64,000 bases of DNA from Alphaproteobacteria bacterium (GTDB taxonomy: Bacteria; Pseudomonadota; Alphaproteobacteria; UBA7887): contig CBDCGL010000011.1 of NCBI GenBank assembly GCA_965216755.1, positions 4,512,001 to 4,576,000 on the forward strand. Reading direction: 5' to 3'. The notes under the pieces are model-generated. The model was not told where the DNA came from. It worked only from the letters and a program-made list of their open reading frames with translations, and ran no database searches. Position 1 is the stretch's first letter, and every line of letters begins with the position of its first letter. Below are positions 29,908 through 38,963 of the stretch, piece by piece. Position numbers and translations under genes: made by a program.

Positions 29908-31842
29908 TTATTCGATTTCAAACTCGACTATCTTACGAGCGGCGACCGTGTGTCCGTCAACCAGGGCGTCGCCGACCGATCGTGGGCTCATGTTGAAGTC
30001 GAAGCCGACATCTTGAATTGCGTGGATCAAGTTTATCGGCACCATGCCAACAACGATTTCGACCTCAGCCGTGTAGGGACCGTAAACAATTAGTTCTTCA
30101 CCCGGCACCGTATAGGCGGTGCGGCGGCTGCCGAGCGGTTCGATGCCGCGCTTGTGGATGCGCGCGCTAAGTGGCCGACCGGTCAGAATGGTCGACCGTG
30201 TCGCCGGGCGAACAAACGGCAGCACATCGAGTGAATAGTTGGCGGCCAAGACTTGCTCGCGTTCGCCGCCGCGATTGTTCAGGGTCACAAAAAACGATTG
30301 CAGGCTATACAGCTGATCATCCAGCGGCACATCGCCACTGAGCACCAATTGCGAATGGGAATCGCGCAGGTCGCCGTTGCTGTCCAGGTCGCCAGAGACG
30401 AACACGGGTTGATCATCGCTGTCATATACGGTCACCCGCAGCCAGACGAGACGTTCCGCAATAAAGCCGGTCGGCACATTGTGTCCGTCGGTCCCGTTCC
30501 TAATTTCGACGTTGAGGCGAATGCCGTTGCGATCAGCTTTTTCAATGATCACCTCGCCGATCTTGAAGCCGGCACTGAGTACTTCTTGGCGCTTCGCCTT
30601 GGCCCAGGCGAGCAGCTCGAATTGGTCATCAAGGATATCGCGCGCGTCATAGCGATCATCGATCGTGCGCCAGCGTTCCGGAAATGTGTAATCCTCCGGC
30701 ACGTTGTCTTCGAACGAATCAGTGCCCCAACCGGCCTCATAATCGAACGTCAGCCACTCCTCCAACGTGGCCATGCGCGCGGCTTCGACATTGTGCGGAA
30801 AGATCCCCGGATGCACGATTGAATGGTCCGGACCGGCGAAATAATGATTGGTCAACTTGCGCGGCTCTGTCGCCACGCCGCCGATCTCTGCCGCCGGCCC
30901 GTGTTCGTATCCGGACACCACGCCCTGCACCTTGCCCATATGGCAATCGTGGCACGTGGCGCCGCCATCGGCACCGCTATTGCGCAAATCGTTGGCCGGT
31001 GACGTCTTGAATTCACTAAATGCTTCTTCCAGTCGAAACCCGTTGGGCAGTGTCACATCGTGGCAGGTACCGCAAAAGCCCGGCTCGACCATCTGGAAAA
31101 AACGTTCGGCCTCGGTGTGGATCTTGCGACCCGGCTGGTCCGCGTCGGTGACCACTTTGTAACGATTCCGGTTGTCGAGGACCCGATTGAGTTCGTCACC
31201 CCCCGTTGGGCCGCGCACCGGCTTTAGGATGTCGCCTTGGTCGATGGCCATGCGACCACTGATCTTGCCATACGCTTGGCTGACACGATGACAGACCACG
31301 CAGGTGATGCCTTCGCGTGACGTGGGATGCCGGTCGAGATTGTTAGTGGCGATGCCTTCGCCGAGATTCATGCCCACCTGGTTGTGACAGCGGATGCAGA
31401 AGTCACCCACCGTGCCACTCAGGCGATCATAGCTAAATCTCTGCATGGCCATGTAAATTGGGCTCAGCTGGGCATAGGAATGTTGTGAGACGGACCACTC
31501 GCGATAGTGTTTCGGGTGGCAGGTCATGCAGGTCGTCGCCGAGGGGTAGCGATCTTCCAGAAACAGGGCTTCGTGGGCCGCGGCCGCAGTCGAACCCGCT
31601 AGCGCACCCGGTTCGTCTTCAGCTTCAGTATCAGCGTCGGCCGTCGGTTCATCGAGTGGTACTTCGTCGTCGCCGAGCAAGTCGTCGCCACCCAAAAGGT
31701 CGTCGCCGCCGAGCAAGTCATCATCTGCAAGCAGCGTGTCGTCGCCAAGTAGGTTGTCATCTTGCGCAAGACTTGGCCCGGCCAAAGTAAGCGCCGCCGC
31801 CATGCCGATCGCCATAGCAACTCGCGAGAACCTGATTTGCAT
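29908..31842 (-). CDS. Exported pentaheme c-type cytochrome with C-terminal beta-rich domain
   Basis: Signal peptide (…GPSLA); CMTCH, CIRCH, CVVCH, CGTCH, CHDCH; GHNVPTG motif; N-terminal acidic DDLLGG repeats. Confidence 0.88.
   Translation of the reverse strand: MQIRFSRVAMAIGMAAALTLAGPSLAQDDNLLGDDTLLADDDLLGGDDLLGGDDLLGDDEVPLDEPTADADTEAEDEPGALAGSTAAAAHEALFLEDRYPSATTCMTCHPKHYREWSVSQHSYAQLSPIYMAMQRFSYDRLSGTVGDFCIRCHNQVGMNLGEGIATNNLDRHPTSREGITCVVCHRVSQAYGKISGRMAIDQGDILKPVRGPTGGDELNRVLDNRNRYKVVTDADQPGRKIHTEAERFFQMVEPGFCGTCHDVTLPNGFRLEEAFSEFKTSPANDLRNSGADGGATCHDCHMGKVQGVVSGYEHGPAAEIGGVATEPRKLTNHYFAGPDHSIVHPGIFPHNVEAARMATLEEWLTFDYEAGWGTDSFEDNVPEDYTFPERWRTIDDRYDARDILDDQFELLAWAKAKRQEVLSAGFKIGEVIIEKADRNGIRLNVEIRNGTDGHNVPTGFIAERLVWLRVTVYDSDDQPVFVSGDLDSNGDLRDSHSQLVLSGDVPLDDQLYSLQSFFVTLNNRGGEREQVLAANYSLDVLPFVRPATRSTILTGRPLSARIHKRGIEPLGSRRTAYTVPGEELIVYGPYTAEVEIVVGMVPINLIHAIQDVGFDFNMSPRSVGDALVDGHTVAARKIVEFEIE
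31660..31765 (-). repeat. Intragenic DDLLG(G) tandem repeat
   Basis: QDDNLLGDDTLLADDDLLGGDDLLGGDDLLGDDE immediately after the signal peptide. Confidence 0.85.
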
Positions 31843-31984
31843 CGGAAAATTCCCCGTTCCCTGACGTTTCCGAGCTTGCAACTTTGCCCTGAAACCGATC
31901 GACTCTCCACCACGTCTCATTATACGGCGATCGTGTTGAACCCGACCACCTCAACGCCATGTTAGGGGGCATGGCGCGCCTATC

Positions 31985-32000
31985 TATGAACAAGGTCACA
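31985..32000. promoter_or_regulatory. CRP/FNR-family-like box in the divergent promoter of the cytochrome operon
   Basis: TATGA-acaagg-TCACA, 9/10 match to TGTGA-N6-TCACA. Confidence 0.5.
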
Positions 32001-32134
32001 GCTGGAAGTCGCGGGCCGACGTCACAATATGGCCAGCTTGGCGGGCTAAATTGCACCATTCGCAGCGGTCGCCTGTCGATCGCGTATTGCGTATGCTGCT
32101 GCCAAATGACAACCAAAATGGGAGGCGCACAGTC

Positions 32135-32848
32135 ATGACTACCGGGCGTTTTGCACTCGCCTTTGTGGCGCTATCCGCCGTGATGCTGATCGATGCCGTG
32201 GCCGCACAGGCCGAGACGACATTTGTCTTGAGGATTCGGAATGTCAGCGAGGCCAATACCATGGCGCTCAGCGACGGCACGCGCGAGGCCGCGTTGTTGT
32301 CGTGGGGTGTTTATGCGATTCACGATAGCGGCACGCCGATCTTCACACCCGGTCAAGCGGCAGGAGGCGCGGGACTGGAACCTTTGGCGGAAGACGGCGT
32401 TGCGGACCAGTTGGCCGAATCGCTCCGGTCCGCGGCCGGTGTCAAGACAGCCGGCGTTCTGAAAGCTCGTTTGGTCGATGGCGTTCCGGTCATTCCCGCG
32501 GGCGGCCTGATGCGCGCGGTGGCCAAAGCCAATCCGGGCGACCGTTTGTCTTTCGCCGTGATGTTGGAACAATCCAATGACTTGTTCTATGCATTCGCTG
32601 AAACAGGGGTCCCTTTGTTTGATGATTCAGGCGCGCCGATTAGCGCTGATTTGACCCCGCAGATCATGCTTTGGGACGCCGGCACCGAGGTCAATCAGGA
32701 TCCCGGATTGGGGCCGGACACGGGCAACAACGAGCAAGAGCTGAACCAAGGCCCCGACGAAGGTGGTGTCGTGCGACTGGTGGACGACGGCTTTACCTAT
32801 CCGGCGATCGCCAATGTAATCAAGCTGACGGTTGAGCCGCGCGAATAG
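32135..32848 (+). CDS. Secreted spondin-N-domain protein
   Basis: Signal peptide; GLEPLAEDG, LSFAVMLEQSNDLF, WDAGTEVNQ. Confidence 0.85.
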   Translation: MTTGRFALAFVALSAVMLIDAVAAQAETTFVLRIRNVSEANTMALSDGTREAALLSWGVYAIHDSGTPIFTPGQAAGGAGLEPLAEDGVADQLAESLRSAAGVKTAGVLKARLVDGVPVIPAGGLMRAVAKANPGDRLSFAVMLEQSNDLFYAFAETGVPLFDDSGAPISADLTPQIMLWDAGTEVNQDPGLGPDTGNNEQELNQGPDEGGVVRLVDDGFTYPAIANVIKLTVEPRE

Positions 32849-35800
32849 GGACCGCGCCAGCCTGCAATTGGTGGAGCAGGTCGGCCGCACCAATCAAGTC
32901 CGGGCTGGTGAAACCTTCGCTAAACCAGTCGTAAACGGGCTTCAGTACGCAAATTGCGGCTGGGGTTTCACCTTGGGCGTGGCGTAAACGGGCGAGGGAC
33001 GTCGCGGCACGAAGTTCAAGCGACTTCTCGCCCTGTTCACGCGCGCTTTGCAGTGCGCTGCATAAGTCCTTTTTCGCCGCGTCGATGACAGAGTTGGGAA
33101 GGACACCACGCGTGCCCGCGGCCAATCGCAGTTCGCCGCGCAATCGGTAGAGTTCGGGCGCGATGGCCCGGCCGCCTTTGCCCGTTAAGCGGTCCAGCCC
33201 TTGCACAATCGCATCGTGCGCGGCGTCGTAACGACCGGCGCTGCACAGTGCTGTGGCTCGCGACGCAGAATAGAATGTTGACGGACCGCGTTGCCACATG
33301 GGTGCACCGGCTTCGAAGCCTCTGTCGATTTCGGCCAGGCCTGCCTCGATGTCGCCGGTTTCGACCATCGCCCAACCGCGATGGATCATGCTGTGGACGC
33401 GCCAGGTTGGGAAGTTGTGCTGTGTTGAGATAGCCAACGAGCGTTCGGCACGCGCCTTTAGCACATCCCACTGGCCCAACCGGGCATAGACCGATCCGCC
33501 GACGCTGAGAGCAAACGCTAGGCTAAACGGGTGGCCAATATGCTCTGCGGCCTCAAGGGCTGAATCCGCCGCCCGCGCGGCTTGATCAGGGTAGCCCAAA
33601 TACCATAGCACCAAAGCCAATACAGAGCGGCATACAACGCCGAGATCATTGAGTTGCGACCCGAGGATCTGACCGGCCTCGCTGGGTCGGTACATCAGTG
33701 AAGCACGCTCCAAATAGGCACGCGCTTTGACAATTTCGCCGTGATCATACAGGCACACACCGACAGCCGTATTGGCCGCCAGCGTGATTTCCGAGTCATC
33801 GACGCGCTCAGATAACGCCATGAGCCGTTCGGCATAGTGACGGGCCTCGCGCGCCCGTCCCGTGCTCAAATTGTGGCTATAAAAGCCAAGCAATGCGCGC
33901 GCTGTCTGCCGGTCATCGCCGAGTTCTTCGGCCAAAGCCAAAACGCGATCCAGGGATAGTCGAACCTGCGGCGCCGCGTAGCCGTGCGACGCGGCCAGCG
34001 CACCGGCACGCAGCGATCGTAAGCGCAGTTCCATGCATTTTTCGGCGCGACCCGAAGGCAACGTTTCCAGCCAGCCAAGACCTTTTTCCGTCTCGCTCAG
34101 CGCTTCGGCCATGGCGGCACTGCGCACGCTGCGTTCTGCGGCGCGGATGCAGTAGGTGAGCGCTTTGTCGAGCAAGCCGGCCGCCGCGTAGTGTCGGGCG
34201 ACGGTGCCCGGCGTCGCCTCGGCGATTCCAGGAAATTTCGTGGCCAGTGTGTCACCGATCGTGTGGTGATATTGCTGGCGTTTGCGTCTAAGCAGCGATT
34301 CGTAGGCGACGTCATGGATCAAGGCATGCCGGAAAACGTAAGACTCATCGGCGGTCGTTCGCCGTTTCGAAATGATGCCCGCGTTCACAAGCTGCGCAAG
34401 GGCGCCGCGCAATGCCGGTTCGGCCAGGGATGCGACGGATGCCAAGACATCGAAATTGAAGGTTCGACCGATCACCGACGCCAGCTGGGCGACATCTTTT
34501 GCGGCGCCGAGACCGTCAAGGCGTGCCATAAGCGAATCCTGCAGGGTCTCGGGGACGGCCAATACCGGATGTCTGTCGTTGTTGTCAGCGGATTCGGGGT
34601 CCTGTTCGGGATCACGCTGCAACAACATGCGCGTGACTTCCTCGAGAAATATGGGGACACCATCGGCGCGTTTGACAATTTTCGCGATGATCTCGGCGGG
34701 CAATCGCGCGGCACCTTCGATACCGTTGACGATCGCCGTAGCCTGATCGTTGTCCAGCCGTTTAAGGGGCAAATGCGCTACGTTCGGCAAATAGTGCCAG
34801 GGCGATTCATAGTCTGCGCGATGGGCGATCAACAGCAATATGCGGTGCGCAGGCGCCAGTTCGATAACGCGCTCAAAGAAGGCCGCCGTCGACGGGTCGA
34901 TCCAGTGGGCATCTTCCAGCACAATGAGCACCGGCTTTCGCGCGGCGATCGCCAACAATAGCGCGCACAGGCTCTCTAGCTTGCGTTCCTTCTGGTCAAT
35001 GCCGCTTGTCGCGGGCACTGCGAAGCGATCGTCAACCGGTACGGACAGCAACGCCGCAAACGCCGGCAAATGCGTTTCCACATCCAGTCCGAAGTGGCTC
35101 AACATCCGTTCCAGGCGCGCCTGCTTCTCCCCAACTTTCATTTCACGCGAGAATCCAAGACGCCGTTCCAAAGCGCGGATCAGCGGATGAAACGCGGTTG
35201 CGCTATGGTAAGTTGAGCAATAATGACGCAGCCAACTAAATTCTTGCGCTGAAAACTGCGCCCGCACGGCCGCAATAACGCGGGATTTGCCGATCCCAGG
35301 ATCACCAGTCAGTATGATCGTGCCGCCACGTCCTTCTTGCGTGCGGTCCCACGCTTGCGCGATCGCCTCAATTTCATGTGTGCGGCCGACCAACGGCGTC
35401 AGCGCACGGCCGACGGCGTCGAGACGGGTTGCGACATCCAGGCTTCCGTGCACCTCAAAGATCGGCATGGGTGCGTCAACGCCTCGCAAATCTTGCGATC
35501 CGCGGCCGACACAGTCGAAATATCCGGCGATCAGGCGATGGGTAGCCGCACTGACAAACACCGTATTTGGTGCAGCGGCGGCCTGGATGCGTGCGGCAAT
35601 ATTGGGGGTACCGCCAATGGCATCTTCCGAATTGAGCACGTCCGCGGTGTGCTCCTGACCGACAACAACGAGGCCGGAGTGGATGCCGACGCGGACCGAC
35701 AAGCCGGCGTCGTGATCCAGGTCCGCAACAACGTCGATGAGTTCCAATCCGGCTCGGACCGCCCGCTGCGCATCATCTTCGTGGGCGCTTGGATAACCGA

Positions 35801-36140
35801 AATAGACCAGGATCCCGTCGCCATAGAACTGGGCGACATAGCCCTCGTGCCCAGCGACGACACGGTTAGCCGTGGCACGATAGGTGCCCATGATTTCACG
35901 ATAGTCCTCTGGGTCCACGCTTTGTGACAGCGCGGTCGAGCCGACCAAATCGCAAAACATGACAGTTAAGTGGCGTCGTTCCGCGCCGCCACGTCTCGGA
36001 ACCGGGCGCGCGCCAGCGTCCGATGGGTGGCGCGCGGCGTCTGCCCCGGAGACCGTACCGTCCAGCCGGTTGCCGCATTGGCCGCAGAACCGGAAACGCG
36101 GATCATTTGGATTGTCAAAGCCGCAATGGCCACATTTCAT
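32820..36140 (-). CDS. Class III adenylate/guanylate cyclase with double zinc ribbon, AAA/STAND ATPase and TPR domains
   Basis: CGHC/CGQC ribbon; VMFCDLVGST, YGDG, VRVGIHSG, NIAARIQ; GDPGIGKSR Walker A; LEDAHWID; C-terminal TPR region. Confidence 0.92.
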   Translation of the reverse strand: MKCGHCGFDNPNDPRFRFCGQCGNRLDGTVSGADAARHPSDAGARPVPRRGGAERRHLTVMFCDLVGSTALSQSVDPEDYREIMGTYRATANRVVAGHEGYVAQFYGDGILVYFGYPSAHEDDAQRAVRAGLELIDVVADLDHDAGLSVRVGIHSGLVVVGQEHTADVLNSEDAIGGTPNIAARIQAAAAPNTVFVSAATHRLIAGYFDCVGRGSQDLRGVDAPMPIFEVHGSLDVATRLDAVGRALTPLVGRTHEIEAIAQAWDRTQEGRGGTIILTGDPGIGKSRVIAAVRAQFSAQEFSWLRHYCSTYHSATAFHPLIRALERRLGFSREMKVGEKQARLERMLSHFGLDVETHLPAFAALLSVPVDDRFAVPATSGIDQKERKLESLCALLLAIAARKPVLIVLEDAHWIDPSTAAFFERVIELAPAHRILLLIAHRADYESPWHYLPNVAHLPLKRLDNDQATAIVNGIEGAARLPAEIIAKIVKRADGVPIFLEEVTRMLLQRDPEQDPESADNNDRHPVLAVPETLQDSLMARLDGLGAAKDVAQLASVIGRTFNFDVLASVASLAEPALRGALAQLVNAGIISKRRTTADESYVFRHALIHDVAYESLLRRKRQQYHHTIGDTLATKFPGIAEATPGTVARHYAAAGLLDKALTYCIRAAERSVRSAAMAEALSETEKGLGWLETLPSGRAEKCMELRLRSLRAGALAASHGYAAPQVRLSLDRVLALAEELGDDRQTARALLGFYSHNLSTGRAREARHYAERLMALSERVDDSEITLAANTAVGVCLYDHGEIVKARAYLERASLMYRPSEAGQILGSQLNDLGVVCRSVLALVLWYLGYPDQAARAADSALEAAEHIGHPFSLAFALSVGGSVYARLGQWDVLKARAERSLAISTQHNFPTWRVHSMIHRGWAMVETGDIEAGLAEIDRGFEAGAPMWQRGPSTFYSASRATALCSAGRYDAAHDAIVQGLDRLTGKGGRAIAPELYRLRGELRLAAGTRGVLPNSVIDAAKKDLCSALQSAREQGEKSLELRAATSLARLRHAQGETPAAICVLKPVYDWFSEGFTSPDLIGAADLLHQLQAGAVPIRAAQPSA

Positions 36141-36270
36141 ATTTGCTGATTCCGACCCAACGCAGTGTACCTGCCAGTCCGTGCCAGATACGCAATTGGT
36201 GCCTCTATTTCAAGGCGATGCCGATGATCGTAAGATGACAATCCAGTTCCCGATCGACGTCGGACTTGGG

Positions 36271-37410
36271 TTAGGCGGCGGGTTCCGCATCGAAAGTTTG
36301 TAAGTCGGTATTGCCGAGGCCGAGATAAAGTGGCGCCGCGTGGCCGCGATAGATGCTCACCTTGGCGTTGAAAACGGTCCGACGGTGGCCGTGTTTATCC
36401 GAGACGCGATAGGACTTGACATTGAAGGATTGGCTGTCGAGCCGCTCGCCGGTCAAATACGCCTTGATCGCGGAGATTTGTTCACCAGCAAGTGTCACAT
36501 CCATCAAGCGGTCAAGTTGCTCTTGTGCGCGGCCCATAAAACTGGTCGTTGCCATCGGCGTCGGCGATCCGGCCCCGCTGTCGTCCGGGCGTTCGAAGCT
36601 CCCGATCAAGATCTGTCCGGCCAGGGCTTTTTGAACCATCCGTGCGAGTGTGATTGTCAGGTCACCGACGATGAAGCCATTCATTGATGGGTTGAGTCCG
36701 TCAGCCTGGTAATACTCGTAGTGGCTGCCAATGTGAAACGACGTTCGCAACACGGGCGTCGTGTTGGGTCGACCCTTGGCCATCGCCAGCGCGTTGTCGG
36801 CCAAAATCAGCATCATCAGATAGAATAGGTTGACGTCGGCCTCGATGCCGGTGTCGCGGTTCCAAACATAGAAGCCGTCGCCGGTCGTCGATCGGCCCAG
36901 GTCGATGGGCAGATCGTAAGCCATGGCTTTGCTCTGGGCGACGTTGATGCTGTACGACAGACTGTTGAGTAGGGTGACCTGTTCCAGTGGTGAATGCAGC
37001 GAGAAGCCGACGATGTCGAACAAGATCGCGGCCCGGTGTTCTGACTTGGTGACACTGTAGCGGCGCACAAGCGTATCGATCTCGGTCGACGCCGCCACGC
37101 CGCCGAGGGGCGCGGACGGCAGCTCGATCGCTGTCGGCTCTATGCCGCCATGGGTGGCGAGACGATCGAATTGCGCATCGCCGAGTTGGTGGCTTTCCGA
37201 CAGGATTTCTGCGTGCGCGTCGATCAACGACGGCAGCATGAATTGCGGCAGCACCAGAAGGTCGATGCCGTGCGGCGCCGGCCGCCAGCCGACAATCAAG
37301 TTACGGCCCAATTTCCAGATGGCATTGAGCGCTTGGTCGAGCTGGCGCAGATAGTCGCCCGAGGCGCCCACACTGAGCGCGGCCGAAACTGAAGACAGGC
37401 GGGCCGTCAT
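36271..37410 (-). CDS. Divergent class III nucleotide cyclase-like protein
   Basis: ILFDIVGFS and TTGDGFYV (two metal-binding Asp), LRTSFHIG, IVGDLTITLARM, AGQILI. Confidence 0.68.
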   Translation of the reverse strand: MTARLSSVSAALSVGASGDYLRQLDQALNAIWKLGRNLIVGWRPAPHGIDLLVLPQFMLPSLIDAHAEILSESHQLGDAQFDRLATHGGIEPTAIELPSAPLGGVAASTEIDTLVRRYSVTKSEHRAAILFDIVGFSLHSPLEQVTLLNSLSYSINVAQSKAMAYDLPIDLGRSTTGDGFYVWNRDTGIEADVNLFYLMMLILADNALAMAKGRPNTTPVLRTSFHIGSHYEYYQADGLNPSMNGFIVGDLTITLARMVQKALAGQILIGSFERPDDSGAGSPTPMATTSFMGRAQEQLDRLMDVTLAGEQISAIKAYLTGERLDSQSFNVKSYRVSDKHGHRRTVFNAKVSIYRGHAAPLYLGLGNTDLQTFDAEPAA

Positions 37411-37554
37411 CTACATCTGGTGATCATGTTTCGGGATCCATCCCATATATTGCGGTATTGGCGCGTACGTTTTGTCCTGCGCCATGCCACAGCAGAGAAT
37501 ATAAGCCGGCCAGGAAGACCACCCAGTGTGGCGCCCCGGCGTCACGCCGGCCGT

Positions 37555-37851
37555 CTAACGCCGCCAGCGATGGGATGCGACAACCCCACGGCTTGGCCAG
37601 TCGGGTCGGGCGTCGATTCGCCGCCCGCCGCACTGTCCGCATCGCAAGCGGCGCGCGACCTCCGGAACCGCTGTGCACCCGCCGAGACGCGTGACCAATA
37701 GCGTCACCGGGATGACGCGACGGTGGCCGCAATCCTCACACCAGGCCCAAATATCACAGCCCATATCGGCCAGTTCCCGGAGGCTCAGCGCCGAGACGCT
37801 CCGGTCTGTGGCCGGCCGTTGCCTTCGTTGTGGCGGCGCGCGATTGCTCAA
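37555..37851 (-). CDS. Small Zn-ribbon protein (CxxC...CxxC), probably SOS-regulated
   Basis: WCEDCGH...LRCGQCG; likely TTG start at 37851, just downstream of a LexA box. Confidence 0.7.
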   Translation of the reverse strand: MSNRAPPQRRQRPATDRSVSALSLRELADMGCDIWAWCEDCGHRRVIPVTLLVTRLGGCTAVPEVARRLRCGQCGGRRIDARPDWPSRGVVASHRWRR

Positions 37852-37868
37852 GAGAATCTCATTAGTTA

Positions 37869-37883
37869 GAACAAAAAGTGAAC
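37869..37883 (-). promoter_or_regulatory. Alphaproteobacterial LexA box
   Basis: GAAC-AAAAAGT-GAAC on the + strand (GTTC-N7-GTTC on the - strand), exact consensus. Confidence 0.8.
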
Positions 37884-37990
37884 ACATAGACGATCTAAAG
37901 GGCCGGGAAAGTCAAGCCTGTCGCCAAGACGTTGTATTATGTTGGCCGTTGACGGCCGAGTTCGGTCTTTGGCGCAAAGAGGGGACGCGC

Positions 37991-38374
37991 ATGCGACGAA
38001 TCACGATGGTCATGGGAAATGTGACGGTCACCGGTGTTTTGCACGATACGCCGACGGCGGACGCGATCTGGGCGGCGCTACCGATCCATGCGATCGCGCG
38101 CACCTGGGGTGAGGAAGTTTATTTTGACACGCCGGTTCGCGCCGATCGTGAGCCAGACGCCCGCGCGGTCGTCGAATGCGGCGAGTTGGCGTTCTGGTTG
38201 GCTGGCGACGCCATCGCGATTTGCTTCGGCCGCACGCCGGTTTCGACCGCGGATGAAATCCGGTTGATATCGGAGGCGAATATTTGGGGACGCGTAGATG
38301 GAGATCCGCGGGTGCTCGCGGATGTGCGCGACGGCGATGCGGTTGCCGTGGCTCGCGAAACGCGCGCGGCGTGA
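37991..38374 (+). CDS. Cyclophilin-like fold protein (TM1367/DUF369-like)
   Basis: [26 protein letters not shown]...[10 protein letters not shown]; GAGGGG RBS. Confidence 0.82.
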   Translation: MRRITMVMGNVTVTGVLHDTPTADAIWAALPIHAIARTWGEEVYFDTPVRADREPDARAVVECGELAFWLAGDAIAICFGRTPVSTADEIRLISEANIWGRVDGDPRVLADVRDGDAVAVARETRAA

Positions 38375-38383
38375 CGGCTGGCG

Positions 38384-38905
38384 TTACGGTACTTTGACGA
38401 ATTTGGCGAGCGTCGCGCGTAGGCCTTCTTCCAGTTGCTTGCCGATTTCGCCACCGTCGTCTTTGAGTTGTTGTTTGAACACCAGGGTCATGGCATCAAC
38501 GTGCACTTGCGACACAGGCACTTTCTCATCGTCGTTCAGTGTCGATTTGCGCAAAATCAGTGACAGCGAATCGGCAAACTTGGTCAGCAGCGGAAACCCG
38601 ATGCTGCTGCCGTAGCCCTTGATTTCGTGGGCGGCTTGTTGGATTGCCTTAAGCGAGTCCGTCCGCGCGTTCGGATTAGTCGTGAGCTCACGAAAGGCCG
38701 CCGTCAGGCGCTCCATATCCTTGTCGAGTTCTTGGATGAAGACGTCTGAGTAAGCTTCGGCGGCTTCTTCAGCGCGTTTCAACATTTCCGGATCAAATCC
38801 GTCGCCGGCAACGGGCTTGGCGCCGGCGACCTTGTTCTTGATCTTGTTCGGTGGTCGGATCACGGTGGCTGTTTCGTCCGTGGCGTTCACATCGCGGTCT
38901 GCCAT
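38384..38905 (-). CDS. Hpt (histidine phosphotransfer) domain protein
   Basis: AAHEIKGYGSSIGFPLLT. Confidence 0.82.
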   Translation of the reverse strand: MADRDVNATDETATVIRPPNKIKNKVAGAKPVAGDGFDPEMLKRAEEAAEAYSDVFIQELDKDMERLTAAFRELTTNPNARTDSLKAIQQAAHEIKGYGSSIGFPLLTKFADSLSLILRKSTLNDDEKVPVSQVHVDAMTLVFKQQLKDDGGEIGKQLEEGLRATLAKFVKVP

Positions 38906-38963
38906 GCTCCAATGCTCCTCAATTCCGGTCCATGCGGTCGCAATGCACCAGGTCGAAAATCTG

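Noticed and set aside
32039-32055. Sigma-54 promoter TGGC...TTGCA before the spondin gene
   Set aside because: The GG-to-GC spacing is 11 nt rather than the required 10.
32820-37410. Pycsar/CBASS anti-phage system
   Set aside because: There is no adjacent cNMP-TM or cNMP-TIR effector and no defence-island context; the nearest cNMP domain is on a ferredoxin.
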